DNA from: a virus
Lineage: Duplodnaviria > Caudoviricetes
Virus record (IMG/VR): IMGVR_UViG_3300033144_001394
Span: 1-57,655 of that record
DNA: 57,655 bases
Direction: 5' to 3' (one strand)
Below, piece by piece: positions 41,010 through 50,676 of the stretch (its first letter is position 1; the number at the start of each line of letters is the position of its first letter). The notes beneath the pieces are model-generated. The model had not been told where the DNA came from and searched no databases. It saw nothing but the letters and a program-made list of their open reading frames with translations. The translations under genes and the position numbers were made by a program.

Positions 41010-42200
41010 TTATTGGTTAATAAATGCGACATCTCCGTCATCTGGGATGTCAATTTCTCCAGCATCCTCAATGATATCTTCATCATCTAACTGGCTGAGG
41101 TATTCTTCTTTTAGCGCATAACCTGGTATAACATATTTGTGTGTACTGTGTAATTCGTACTCTTTTGTAATGGGAAATAGGGCACTTAACTTTTGGAAAT
41201 TACTTTGGGTAAGCTTGCCTAGACGCTCTAAGATACTGATGAGTTTGTCTAGTTCGAGATTCTTTTTAAGAATTTTAACATCAAGCTCGAAGTAGTATAA
41301 TAAACTTTTGAAATTTATGTGGCTTGCTCCCTTCATTGGGGCCATTTCTTTACCATACTTTTGTAGTAGGCACAACAAATATATACAACTTTTATCAAAA
41401 TTGCAATTCGCCATCAACTCCATTACAGTAGATAAGTTATCCTTATCATTTGCTCCAGCCATCAGACACATCTCCTCATACCGCTTATCATCTAGGATGA
41501 GACAGTCTGCATTTACTAATTTAAGCATACAGTTTTGATCATATAGATCACACGTGAGGCGATCGAATATTGAGTCAGCCTGTGACATAAACAAATTAGT
41601 ACGTTCAGGATATACCATCTTCACATTGTCTGATAAACGGTACCCACTAAAATCCAAGCCACGTTGACCTCGGCTATTAGGTTTCCCTAATGGTGGTGGG
41701 TTAGTACTGTTTGGAATTTTAAGTCCTACATGACGTATCTTTTCTACACAGTCATTATGCATGAGGATTAGATCTTCACAGTTGTGTGATAAAGAAGATA
41801 CCTTCACCGTAAACGGGTGGTCTTCTCCATAACAAGTACGGATCCACTTTATGATGGACTTTACATTGTAAGGATACATTCTGGTTATTGAGTCAAAGCC
41901 ATCTTCACTACCCTCCAGTGTTTCAGGAGAGATGAATGCAGCTGTTGCATACTCAGGTTTTATTGTGATGTTGAAACGTTCACGTACCTTGAATCTAGGT
42001 ACACTACATCCAGGAAAGAAGTAAGGTCTTTCTGCTTGACCTGGTGTCCAGTCATCTTTTACATCAAGACTTTCTTTAATGTCTTTATTTAGCATTCCTC
42101 TACGCATTTTGACCTTGAGAGGCGTTGCTTCTATAATAGGTCTTCCGGGTGCACTCTCATCACAGTTTACCTCGATGATCATATAAGTTTTTAGTTTCAT
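41010..42200 (-). CDS. Hypothetical protein of the MoxR/VWA cluster (396 aa)
   Basis: Long ORF directly downstream of the MoxR gene; MELMANCN motif. Confidence 0.65.
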   Translation of the reverse strand: MKLKTYMIIEVNCDESAPGRPIIEATPLKVKMRRGMLNKDIKESLDVKDDWTPGQAERPYFFPGCSVPRFKVRERFNITIKPEYATAAFISPETLEGSEDGFDSITRMYPYNVKSIIKWIRTCYGEDHPFTVKVSSLSHNCEDLILMHNDCVEKIRHVGLKIPNSTNPPPLGKPNSRGQRGLDFSGYRLSDNVKMVYPERTNLFMSQADSIFDRLTCDLYDQNCMLKLVNADCLILDDKRYEEMCLMAGANDKDNLSTVMELMANCNFDKSCIYLLCLLQKYGKEMAPMKGASHINFKSLLYYFELDVKILKKNLELDKLISILERLGKLTQSNFQKLSALFPITKEYELHSTHKYVIPGYALKEEYLSQLDDEDIIEDAGEIDIPDDGDVAFINQ

Positions 42201-42208
42201 ATTTTAAT

Positions 42209-42235
42209 TAAAATGGGGAGACGTTGTGCCTCCCC
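42209..42235 (-). terminator. Terminator-like hairpin after the MoxR gene
   Basis: - strand ggggaggc-acaac-gtctcccc-atttt. Confidence 0.6.
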
Positions 42236-42242
42236 GGTTCCT

Positions 42243-43556
42243 CTATTTCGTAGCTATGTCTTGAATTTCCGTATCTCTAAGGATCTTCTCGAACTTCTTC
42301 TTAGCACCAGCATTAATCTTCTTTACTATATGATATCTAAGATCATCAGTAAAGATGCCATCTTCCTTAATCAGGTTAACTACTCGTTGAACCACCTCGG
42401 GTGGTATAGGATTCTTATCAGCATAAGCTATTGCGAAGTTTACAAGTCGCGAGCAAAGTACCATAGCTATGTCAGAGCGATAATCATTACCGGATCCAAC
42501 AGCTTCTTTCATATCTTCAAATACAGCTTTCTGATCTTCTTTAAGAAGGATCTCTTTAGGTGAGATCAGCCTATCTAACTTCTCCTTAATGAATGTGGTG
42601 AAGGTTACACCAGCTTCTGGTCCTATACATCCTTCAGCAATTTGATGGATGAGAGGTAGACTTTCTTCAAAGTCTTTTATTGAGCTAATTGAGTTAAAGA
42701 ACGTAGTTAAACTTCTAGGGTTTACTCTGTTATTCACTATCTCAGGGTTGAATAGTACGAAATTGATGCATCTACCATCTATCCCCTGAATCTCTGCCCA
42801 TTCTGCCCAACGCTCATGACTCCACTTTAGAACTGAGCTTATAAATCTCGTTCGTTGAGCTACATCAATTGAGTTAACCATGTATTCTCCATCATCTGGA
42901 TTGGCTGTAAGAAGGATTGTCCATCCTGGAGGAAGCTTCCAAGAGATATACTCTTGTCGATCAACCAATTCCATTACGGCTTGGATAAATCGAGGCTCAG
43001 CTCTGTTCCAGTCATCTAATAATAGGATCCCTCCTTTAGTCTTTCCTGCTATCCATTCTGGTGGACAGTAGCTCATTCGTTTCTCTCCGGTGAATCTATA
43101 ACCCTGACGAGCATAGTCTTCTGTAGCTACATCATCTACCCAAAGAGTTTCTGATGTTTGTGCTGCTGGTGTATTTCCTGCAGGTTTCATAACAATCTTA
43201 GCTACGCCATCAACTCCTATAACCTTTGTAGGAACCATCTTTTGTTGCTGTTGATTATCTTGTACTTTGTCTTTTTTACACATCTCGAACTGGCGTACGG
43301 GAAATCCTACTAGATCTCCAAGTTCTTCAATCTGCGCTAAGTTTACCTTCTCGATATTAATACCGAACTCCTTAGCCATCTGAATAGCTACACTCGTTTT
43401 ACCGAGCCCTGATTCTCCTATTACTTCAACAGCTATAGGATTCATTCCTTTGTCCTGAATAAACGCATTGTTTTTCATGATATGACGAAGGAAATCTTTC
43501 ATTTCATTGGTGTCCAACTGTACCTGATGATTTATTTCTTCTGTGTGTGATGCCAT
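42243..43556 (-). CDS. MoxR-like AAA+ ATPase
   Basis: Walker A GESGLGKT, GDLVGFP, Walker B LLLDDWNRA, TANP, RTRF, NPRS. Confidence 0.88.
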   Translation of the reverse strand: MASHTEEINHQVQLDTNEMKDFLRHIMKNNAFIQDKGMNPIAVEVIGESGLGKTSVAIQMAKEFGINIEKVNLAQIEELGDLVGFPVRQFEMCKKDKVQDNQQQQKMVPTKVIGVDGVAKIVMKPAGNTPAAQTSETLWVDDVATEDYARQGYRFTGEKRMSYCPPEWIAGKTKGGILLLDDWNRAEPRFIQAVMELVDRQEYISWKLPPGWTILLTANPDDGEYMVNSIDVAQRTRFISSVLKWSHERWAEWAEIQGIDGRCINFVLFNPEIVNNRVNPRSLTTFFNSISSIKDFEESLPLIHQIAEGCIGPEAGVTFTTFIKEKLDRLISPKEILLKEDQKAVFEDMKEAVGSGNDYRSDIAMVLCSRLVNFAIAYADKNPIPPEVVQRVVNLIKEDGIFTDDLRYHIVKKINAGAKKKFEKILRDTEIQDIATK

Positions 43557-44782
43557 TATAATTCTAGTTTAATTTTAGCCCCTGGTAGAGACTCGTTTAT
43601 ATCGGATACTCCTGAATGTACCCATAGTACATCCCCTCTTACATTATCTGGGGCAGGTGCTTCTCCGTCTGTGAAGTTGATGAAGCAGCTGTAATTCCGC
43701 AGGTGTTCATTATAAAAATTAATTCCCGGCTGAAAGTCTGTTCCGCCTCGTCCCGTGATTTCAAAATGTTCACGGTGGTTGAATCTTTTAACGCTTGAGA
43801 TAGCTGAGTCGTATTGCATGACTGTTATCTCACTACCTGTTTTCTGCATATGGTAGATCTCGTTAAGGAATTCTTTCAGTTCAGGCATACTTACTGAGCC
43901 TGATGTATCTATTCCTATAAGTAAATGCTTTTGTCGTTTGATTCGTAGTCCCGGATTACCTGGCAGTCTTTTGCTAAGCTTTCTTCGAGTCTTTTTAGTG
44001 TAAGTCTTGATTGACTTACCTGCGAAACGTCGGATGTATCCTTTCCAATCAAACTTTGCTGGTTCTATTGTATTAAGGCGCTCGATGATAGTAACCATTT
44101 CACCCGGGATAGTCCCTCTTGACTTGGTGACTTGGTCAGCAATCTCTCTTACTAGGTGCGCTGTATGAGCTTTAAGTAATTTAGCTGTAGCTTCATCTAC
44201 TTGATCACCGTCCCAATCATGTTGAGGTAATACAATAGTCTCTCCATTAACATTGGATGTTTCATTACCAGCAGCCGCATCTTGAAGTATTTGGTCTAGA
44301 GTAGGGGAGCTTCCATCTTCACGCGCTTTTAAAAGAGCTTTGTAATAATAGATGCTACCTGCTTTCTCATCCAGTTCTAATTCAGGATAGGTCGATAGGA
44401 GCTGTCCTCCTGGTGGTAACCAATCAGCATCAATATACTGATTGATCTCAAGGTCCATGGCTATATTCATAATCATTGCTTTCTCTCTATCAACTACTCC
44501 ACCTGTGGTATAGTAGTGATCATAGTCTGTTAGATGAAAGAATCCTATATGCATTAGCTCATGCTTGAGTAGACCTTTCGGATGATGTTCTCCTGGTAAC
44601 TCATCCCAAAACTTAGGATTCAACCGTAGCTGGTAGTTAAGATTTCTCAATCCTACACACGCTGTTGGTATCTGCTCATCCCACATCTTGTTCAAGTTCA
44701 TCAGAAAGAACCCATAGAAAGGCTCTTTTAGCATAAGATCCTTCGAGGCTTTAGCTAAACTTTCTGATCTAGTTCTTTTCAT
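43556..44782 (-). CDS. Metallopeptidase plus VWA-domain protein (DUF2201-like), MoxR partner
   Basis: HELMH, DLEIN; MIDAS DTSGS; GRGGTDF; FTDG. Confidence 0.88.
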   Translation of the reverse strand: MKRTRSESLAKASKDLMLKEPFYGFFLMNLNKMWDEQIPTACVGLRNLNYQLRLNPKFWDELPGEHHPKGLLKHELMHIGFFHLTDYDHYYTTGGVVDREKAMIMNIAMDLEINQYIDADWLPPGGQLLSTYPELELDEKAGSIYYYKALLKAREDGSSPTLDQILQDAAAGNETSNVNGETIVLPQHDWDGDQVDEATAKLLKAHTAHLVREIADQVTKSRGTIPGEMVTIIERLNTIEPAKFDWKGYIRRFAGKSIKTYTKKTRRKLSKRLPGNPGLRIKRQKHLLIGIDTSGSVSMPELKEFLNEIYHMQKTGSEITVMQYDSAISSVKRFNHREHFEITGRGGTDFQPGINFYNEHLRNYSCFINFTDGEAPAPDNVRGDVLWVHSGVSDINESLPGAKIKLEL

Positions 44783-45213
44783 AGTTTAATATCTTTTCCT
44801 GGTTTATACTTCTCAGTGAGTTTGATCTCAACCTTTTCTAAGAAGTCATAGCCGTAGCTTCTGAGTACTTCTAATAGGTGATTACCAAATTCATCCATGA
44901 AGTATTGCATCTGTTGTACATTAACATTATGTGTAGCTGCTACTTCGATTATGAATTGATAGGTAAGATTCGGGTTATCCCCTAGTACGTCCTTTGACAT
45001 CAATGTCTTTGTTGCATTAGGAGCATGCTGTTCCCACATGTCCCAACCAACTAGGCCTTTCTTCTTCAGTAGAATAAAGAACACTAGGTTCTCTAACACA
45101 TCATAGTTATCTATGATATTGAGTGTTAGTATTTGATCCTCCTCTGAGGATTTGAGCTGCGATATTAGATTCTCTAATTTCTCAGCTGTCATTAGCTTTT
45201 CCGATGTTTCCAT
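44779..45213 (-). CDS. Hypothetical protein
   Basis: 144-aa ORF abutting both neighbours. Confidence 0.65.
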   Translation of the reverse strand: METSEKLMTAEKLENLISQLKSSEEDQILTLNIIDNYDVLENLVFFILLKKKGLVGWDMWEQHAPNATKTLMSKDVLGDNPNLTYQFIIEVAATHNVNVQQMQYFMDEFGNHLLEVLRSYGYDFLEKVEIKLTEKYKPGKDIKL

Positions 45214-45555
45214 TTAGTCTTCAATTTTCATTGTTTTTAACATCCAACGCTTAGGTTTCTCGAGGTTATCAATCCACTCCTTAGCTGTTGGTATATAATT
45301 ATTACAGTCTTCTTTGACATGTTGTTCTCCAACATATCTGGTATAGACTGTCTTACCATCTGAGTTCACAAAAGACTCTCCGAATATTGATTCACATTCA
45401 AAGATGCCTTCACTATGGTGTCTAAACATTCTATGTTTACTGTGTGCAACCCATGCCTTTGTTGCATCAAACCAATTGTGAATATCTATGTAGTCCTCAA
45501 CTTTACCTCCGAATTTTCGGACTGAGGACTTAGCATGTATTAAAGGATGTGCCAT
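45214..45555 (-). CDS. DUF6915-like protein
   Basis: MAHPLIHAKSSVRKFGGKVEDYIDIHNWFD...HRMFRHHSEGI...EQHVKED. Confidence 0.75.
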   Translation of the reverse strand: MAHPLIHAKSSVRKFGGKVEDYIDIHNWFDATKAWVAHSKHRMFRHHSEGIFECESIFGESFVNSDGKTVYTRYVGEQHVKEDCNNYIPTAKEWIDNLEKPKRWMLKTMKIED

Positions 45556-46025
45556 TAGATTTCTATTACACCTCCTCCAGATACATTCCAGGTACTATAT
45601 TCAGGTTCATAATCATCATCATCCCAGTTAGCTTCACCTTCATCCTCACCGTTGATCTCATAATGTACATAATAGGTAAAGGTTTTAAGGTTTAAAGCTA
45701 GATAGCCACCTCCTCCTTCATTATTCCACCAATCATATTCAGTATAGTTACCTTCAATAAGGTTATCTAATGTATTCCAGAAATCATCTGAAGTCATAGG
45801 TGCTTTAGCAGCATCTTCTATAAATTCACTCGAGCATAATTCATACGCAAGATCTCCATCTTCATTCATCATTTCTTCTGATACAAGATGTGTATCTGTA
45901 ATCTCACCACTGTCACCACCTCCATGGAATTCAAAGATGGCATGCGTGATATTACTGTCTGATAATATGTCAAGACCTATTGCTAGATCTGCACGTTCTG
46001 CTTTCATTATATGTTTTAGTTCCAT
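45555..46025 (-). CDS. Acidic DUF6878-like protein
   Basis: FHGGGDSG and DWWNNEGGGG motifs; adjacent to the DUF6915-like gene. Confidence 0.6.
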   Translation of the reverse strand: MELKHIMKAERADLAIGLDILSDSNITHAIFEFHGGGDSGEITDTHLVSEEMMNEDGDLAYELCSSEFIEDAAKAPMTSDDFWNTLDNLIEGNYTEYDWWNNEGGGGYLALNLKTFTYYVHYEINGEDEGEANWDDDDYEPEYSTWNVSGGGVIEI

Positions 46026-46550
46026 TTATCTAGGAAATTTACGCCGTAAATATTCGGCTATTAATAATGCGTCAACCAGTCCATCATGTGGAACGGATGA
46101 CTTCTCTGTCATTAGCAGGTTTACTTTTGGGAACAGTCTCTTAGCTGCAATGAGTGCCATCTTCTTGGTATCCTTTGCGCTCTTGGATCCCGTCTTGAGG
46201 ATCACCGTCTGTCCCTGAAATATTTCCGCCTGCCATTTCTTAGCGGGTACCATAGTGTACTGTATAGAATTAGCTATGCACATCATTTCAAATGCGCCTG
46301 CCTGGTATCCCATGGAGAAGGCTGTCTTCTTTGAGGATCCGAAGATCACACCAAGTTTTTCAAAACCTACCATTCCATTAAACCCTTCGTACTGAGAGAT
46401 ACCCTGATTGAACTTATGCCAATCAATCTCCTTACCTACCATAGGCATCTTGCCTCGTGATATCTCACTGCCATCTTCTCCCATTATGTAGTAAGCACCC
46501 AACTTACCGATGTCAATACCTATGTAGAGCCGTTGTTTTTTCTGTTCCAT
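46026..46550 (-). CDS. ruvC: RuvC-like Holliday junction resolvase
   Basis: YIGIDIG, GFE, AFSMG, PAKKWQ, HDGLVDALLIA. Confidence 0.88.
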   Translation of the reverse strand: MEQKKQRLYIGIDIGKLGAYYIMGEDGSEISRGKMPMVGKEIDWHKFNQGISQYEGFNGMVGFEKLGVIFGSSKKTAFSMGYQAGAFEMMCIANSIQYTMVPAKKWQAEIFQGQTVILKTGSKSAKDTKKMALIAAKRLFPKVNLLMTEKSSVPHDGLVDALLIAEYLRRKFPR

Positions 46551-47244
46551 ATTTATCTTTATTAATTTGTGTATTCATACCACCTTTAGTCAGATTATCT
46601 TTAGCCCAAAGTGGTTGTAAGTTACTTAACTGCCAACAAGCTATGAACTCTAAGTCCGTTTTTAGAGTAAAATCAAAAGCAGATACTGGTTTGATATGAT
46701 CTATATGCCATTCACCATAGTTATCCCATGTCATACCTTCTTCAAAGAGAGCCTCGATATGAGATCTAAGTACATTAACGGTGTAACCAAAAGGTTCTAG
46801 CCAGTTATTTGCGGTCTTATCAGAATATTTTGTAATTATTCTTGAGAAGGCTCTAGTATACTGCTTATTTAATTTATACTGAGACAAAGACATTTTGTTT
46901 CTACCTTTATGCTTATAGCAACAGTCTTTTGAACAGTACTTACCTGAATGTTTTTTCGTATCAACGGCATGTTTGGGCACAGTGAATTCTGTTTTACATT
47001 CAAGACAACTGAAACCTAACCCACCACCTTTATAGTTAGGGTTATTACTTCCAGTATAGTCACCACGACTATTAAGGAATTTGGTTTTAGTTTCTAAAGT
47101 ATATGTTCTATTCTTGTTACCATTGGCAACTCGACAAGAGTTAGTGCAAAACTTCTTCTTTAGGTCACTGGCACGGTTGATATCAAAACTATGATTGCAA
47201 TAGTTACAGATTCTTTCTATAGGATAATTGTGTTTCTTATACAT
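46513..47244 (-). mobile_element. Free-standing HNH homing endonuclease with two CxxC...CxxxC zinc ribbons
   Basis: CNYC...FCTNSC; NNPNYKGG; CLEC...YCSKDC; GMTWDNYGEWHIDHIKP...NLQPLWAKDNLTK. Confidence 0.9.
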
Positions 47245-47245
47245 A

Positions 47246-47270
47246 ACTTATATTTTATGTAAATATAAGT
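47246..47270 (-). promoter_or_regulatory. Perfect 10-bp hairpin ending 1 nt before the HNH start codon, containing a TATATTTA (Bacteroidota -7-like) element
   Basis: acttatattt (47246-47255), 5-nt loop, aaatataagt (47261-47270). Confidence 0.65.
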
Positions 47271-47272
47271 AT

Positions 47273-47305
47273 TTATCCTATATCTATTCCGATATATTTT
47301 CTCAT
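47273..47305 (-). pseudogene. Orphan RuvC 5' end (mini-ORF MRKYIGIDIG*)
   Basis: ATG AGA AAA TAT ATC GGA ATA GAT ATA GGA TAA; its ATG overlaps the TGA of the upstream ORF; same YIGIDIG peptide as the ruvC N-terminus. Confidence 0.85.
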
Positions 47306-47532
47306 AGTTGTTTAATTATGTCTTTTGGATGTTCATGATTTCGAGTTAAGCTGCTGCCATTTGACAACCAAGCCATGACACTTAAGGCTCTTCCCGGAAA
47401 CTCATCTACATCTGCTTCAAATTTATAATTGGTACCGTTATTAGCTAATCTTAGTGGTGATGTAACCAGACCGTTTCTTAGCTCATATCTTTCTCCAACT
47501 GAGAGTACTACACTTTCTTCTTCTGTATTCAT
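47302..47532 (-). CDS. Small hypothetical protein
   Basis: 76-aa ORF with ATGA coupling at both ends; VGERYELRNG motif. Confidence 0.65.
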   Translation of the reverse strand: MNTEEESVVLSVGERYELRNGLVTSPLRLANNGTNYKFEADVDEFPGRALSVMAWLSNGSSLTRNHEHPKDIIKQL

Positions 47533-48533
47533 CTGTTTGGTTCTTCAGGCTTAAGCGCCTTGGTTAGTATTGGAAACAGGAATATTCTGGTGTTCTTAAT
47601 ACCATGTTCCTTCACGCATTCTGCGAGATCCTTTTCTACTTTCAAGTGAGCCTTGGGTATACCATATATCTCTTGATACTTGTCCATAGATCTAATACCG
47701 GCCTGATCATTATCAAAGAGCGTACAGATTCCCTGATAGGTTTTCTTGTACTCATTAATCTGAGCTTCTGGTATTATAATATTCTCACTGTCAGGTGCTA
47801 TACATTCAGCGTTAGACACATTCAATGTATCAAACGTCATCATATCTTTAAGACCACTACAGATAACTAGGTAAGGCCTGTCGCCTTGTAGTTGTCCGGA
47901 TCCTTGAACATATGGTTTCACCTTCAGATATTTTCTGTGTCCTGATAAGGGTTGGTAGATTTTATACAATTTCTTTTCCTCTGTGAAGAATCCATATATC
48001 TGGGATCCCTTTACCACGAACTCACTTGTTGGGTCATCTGGTCTACACATGGTATATTCGGATATAGGAACTACTTTTCTAAAAGCTAGTCCACTAGATC
48101 CTACCTGATACGCTTTCCAATAAGTAGAATCAATTATAGTCCATTTACGTGGTTTGATTCCTACTATTTCATAGCGTTCCTGGATCTTCATTATCCTTTC
48201 TCGATATGCATCGGGATTAGATAGCACTTCGCTATTGTAGTCCTCTATGATCATATGAGCAGCTTCTCCTCTGGTAGTCAGGTCATACATCGCCTTAACC
48301 AGGCTAGTACCATCTCCTGAATTATCAGTAGAAAAGTCCTTGAAATAATAGAAACCTTTGTCACGAGATAGGAAGACGAACAACGACGGGTTTTTATCTG
48401 CTGTGTTGAATACAGATTTGATTTGTATGTCCTGTCCAGTAAGTCTCTCTCCTAATTTCAAGTAATGTTCGAATACCCACTCTCTTGGTACATCAGACAG
48501 CCGAGCTGCCATTGCTTTAGTTCTTAGTCCCAT
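47529..48533 (-). CDS. DNA primase (TOPRIM), crAss-like
   Basis: Degenerate N-terminal zinc-binding region (SVFN..DKNPS...FKDFS); KIYQP; KD; APDSEN; LFDNDQAG; KDLAE. Confidence 0.85.
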   Translation of the reverse strand: MGLRTKAMAARLSDVPREWVFEHYLKLGERLTGQDIQIKSVFNTADKNPSLFVFLSRDKGFYYFKDFSTDNSGDGTSLVKAMYDLTTRGEAAHMIIEDYNSEVLSNPDAYRERIMKIQERYEIVGIKPRKWTIIDSTYWKAYQVGSSGLAFRKVVPISEYTMCRPDDPTSEFVVKGSQIYGFFTEEKKLYKIYQPLSGHRKYLKVKPYVQGSGQLQGDRPYLVICSGLKDMMTFDTLNVSNAECIAPDSENIIIPEAQINEYKKTYQGICTLFDNDQAGIRSMDKYQEIYGIPKAHLKVEKDLAECVKEHGIKNTRIFLFPILTKALKPEEPNR

Positions 48534-48543
48534 ATATGTGAAT

Positions 48544-48573
48544 AAAAAAAGGAGAGCTATAGAGCCCTCCTTT
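48544..48573 (-). terminator. Intrinsic terminator after the putative ssb gene
   Basis: - strand aaaggagggct-ctat-agctctcc-ttttttt. Confidence 0.8.
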
Positions 48574-48593
48574 CAAGTTTGTATTATAGTATA

Positions 48594-49316
48594 TTACAAC
48601 GTGAACTCTTCACTTGCCTTACCATCTACGGCTCCTTCACCTTTTGCTTCTGGTGTATCACCCTCTGCTTCAAAACCATTATCCTCTGCAGGACTTAGTC
48701 TCTCTAGCATCTTCTCATCCTCAGCGTCAAACTGAAGAATTCTAGCAGGTGATGCTGTAAGTTCTTCGTAAGGCACTCCTGCTTTACTGAACTTAGGTAA
48801 GAATAAGTCAAGTCCCGTGTATGTATTTTGTTTCATATACTCACGAGCGCAGATACAAAAGTTCATTGGCTTATCTTTAGCCACGTCATCTGCGTTAAAT
48901 GCCTCAACAAGCTGCTCGATCGTGTCGTGCTTATTATCTTGGTCATCAAACCATTTCTCATTATCTAATGCGATACATAAGTTCTTAATAGCTTTCATGA
49001 TATCCATATCACGAGATACTTTAATGCCACTTTTCGTAGTACCGTCTTTATAAGGCCAGCGACTAGTCTTTACTCGACCTACCTGTCCTTTATAACGTGG
49101 TCCAGACTTCTTCTCAGCGTCTATAAAGAATCCTTCAAAACCTTCGCCCATATCTGACCCTTCTAAGTGAAGTAGTACAAAATACCCTTTCTCCTTGGTC
49201 ATATAAGGTGGTTGGTCTAGCTCTATTCTTCCGATAGTAGCTATTGTATTGCCTGCTTGCAACGTTTTCGGTGTACCTCCGCCGGTCTTTACATCTTTAG
49301 TTCCTAATTTTCCCAT
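48594..49316 (-). CDS. Putative single-stranded DNA-binding protein
   Basis: Lies between the AAA_24 and primase genes; beta-rich body; acidic tail ending EEFTL. Confidence 0.55.
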   Translation of the reverse strand: MGKLGTKDVKTGGGTPKTLQAGNTIATIGRIELDQPPYMTKEKGYFVLLHLEGSDMGEGFEGFFIDAEKKSGPRYKGQVGRVKTSRWPYKDGTTKSGIKVSRDMDIMKAIKNLCIALDNEKWFDDQDNKHDTIEQLVEAFNADDVAKDKPMNFCICAREYMKQNTYTGLDLFLPKFSKAGVPYEELTASPARILQFDAEDEKMLERLSPAEDNGFEAEGDTPEAKGEGAVDGKASEEFTL

Positions 49317-49333
49317 TTTACTTTTGTATTTAA

Positions 49334-50110
49334 TTAATCAATATAGATTTTGTCCCAGTGGGTAACCAGGCCATCATCCTTCATTTCCGATATTACTATT
49401 TCCGCATTTCTTAGGTGAGCAGGTCGTGCTCCACAGGTTGTATCATCTGCCGTCTTGAAGGTCATGATATTCTGATTACCTTTTCGGTAAATATAACCAA
49501 TCGCATCTGATTGAGCAGCTGTCGTACGTTTAATGTTCCCTGTTAAATTTAAGTCCATTACATTGAACTCAGCACCATCTTTGTCTAGATATATATCTTT
49601 GACATGGCACACTTGAATGACTCTAGGAGCCCAAGTTTTAATATAACCGATCATCTTTGTAAAGGCCTCTCTTAGAAACGCATATCCAGCTCCATTAGGT
49701 AAGTTGAGAATACTTCCGTATTGTGCCTTACCACTAGCGGTGGATAGCTTACTTGTCTTACCATCTTTCTTAAACCAGTTCTTTCCCATAGGTGTTCGAG
49801 AGTATATTATCTCGCCGTAAGGGATACAGAACTGCTCAAGTGCCGTCATAGTATCTATCGCGACATAATCGTAGGGATGACCAAGCTTGGCGATCTCTTT
49901 CCCTATCGCGTTAATGTCTTCTACCGAAGAGGCTTTCACCTTTAAGGCATCTACATAATCAGATCCTTCCTCCAGGTCAAGTATAAGACAGTTGTCTAGC
50001 TGAGCTAGCAACTCCGTCTTTCCTACCTTGGGCTTGGAAAAGATAATTAAGTTCTTTGGGCTCATATAAGCCGCTTTTACCTTTTGTATAGGTAATTTGA
50101 TTTCCGTCAT
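49334..50110 (-). CDS. AAA_24 / Sak4-like ATPase (single-strand annealing recombinase family)
   Basis: FSKPKVGKT, ILDLEEG, AIDT, LPNGAGY, SDAIGY, CGAR. Confidence 0.85.
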   Translation of the reverse strand: MTEIKLPIQKVKAAYMSPKNLIIFSKPKVGKTELLAQLDNCLILDLEEGSDYVDALKVKASSVEDINAIGKEIAKLGHPYDYVAIDTMTALEQFCIPYGEIIYSRTPMGKNWFKKDGKTSKLSTASGKAQYGSILNLPNGAGYAFLREAFTKMIGYIKTWAPRVIQVCHVKDIYLDKDGAEFNVMDLNLTGNIKRTTAAQSDAIGYIYRKGNQNIMTFKTADDTTCGARPAHLRNAEIVISEMKDDGLVTHWDKIYID

Positions 50111-50676
50111 TCCACTTTCTTATTTTCATTATTAATAATCTCATTGATAAAAGCTTTTGTGCTGCACGGAGTTCGCATATGAATGGCCATATAATCTCGT
50201 ATAGTCATTGTTCCCATAGGCGCATCTTTTGTATTAGTATCTATATCTTCTAGGATACTAAATAGCTGCTCTACTCCTTCTTGTTTTATCTCAATGAGTT
50301 CACCAACAGGAACAAGATAACGACGATGTCCAGAGATAGGATGTGGTTCAGTTTTGTCATACTCATCCTCAAAGTGAGGATTATGTTCTAACTTCCACAA
50401 ACGTCTTTCCGGATCTTCTGATATATAAGTCGAGCCTACAAATTCAGTATATGTATCTGCTTTTTGTTGCATCTCGCTCAAAAAGAAGGCTAAGTGTTTC
50501 TCGGATTTGCCTGTTGGTATGTATGCTAATTTAGGTATAAATAGTGGATTTTCAACACCTTCTTGTTTAAATAATTTAGTGTGATATACCTTTAATTCCG
50601 CGATTCTTTCCTTCTTATCATAAACGTCACTACTTTTTGGTTGAGTAGTGTTTTTTTCTTTAGTTGATAACTTCAT
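50107..50676 (-). CDS. Hypothetical phage protein
   Basis: 189-aa ORF; MTIRDYMAI...P.S.K.FINEII C-terminal motif. Confidence 0.7.
   Translation of the reverse strand: MKLSTKEKNTTQPKSSDVYDKKERIAELKVYHTKLFKQEGVENPLFIPKLAYIPTGKSEKHLAFFLSEMQQKADTYTEFVGSTYISEDPERRLWKLEHNPHFEDEYDKTEPHPISGHRRYLVPVGELIEIKQEGVEQLFSILEDIDTNTKDAPMGTMTIRDYMAIHMRTPCSTKAFINEIINNENKKVE

Noticed and set aside
47246-47278. T4 gene 60-like ribosomal bypass (GGA-stop followed by a hairpin)
   Set aside because: The landing site would be ~770 nt away and is GGT, not GGA; ruvC already has its own complete start
46513-47305. Group I intron interrupting ruvC
   Set aside because: Only ~28 nt of non-coding sequence flanks the HNH ORF, too little for a ribozyme core, and I found no U/G splice junction that restores the frame
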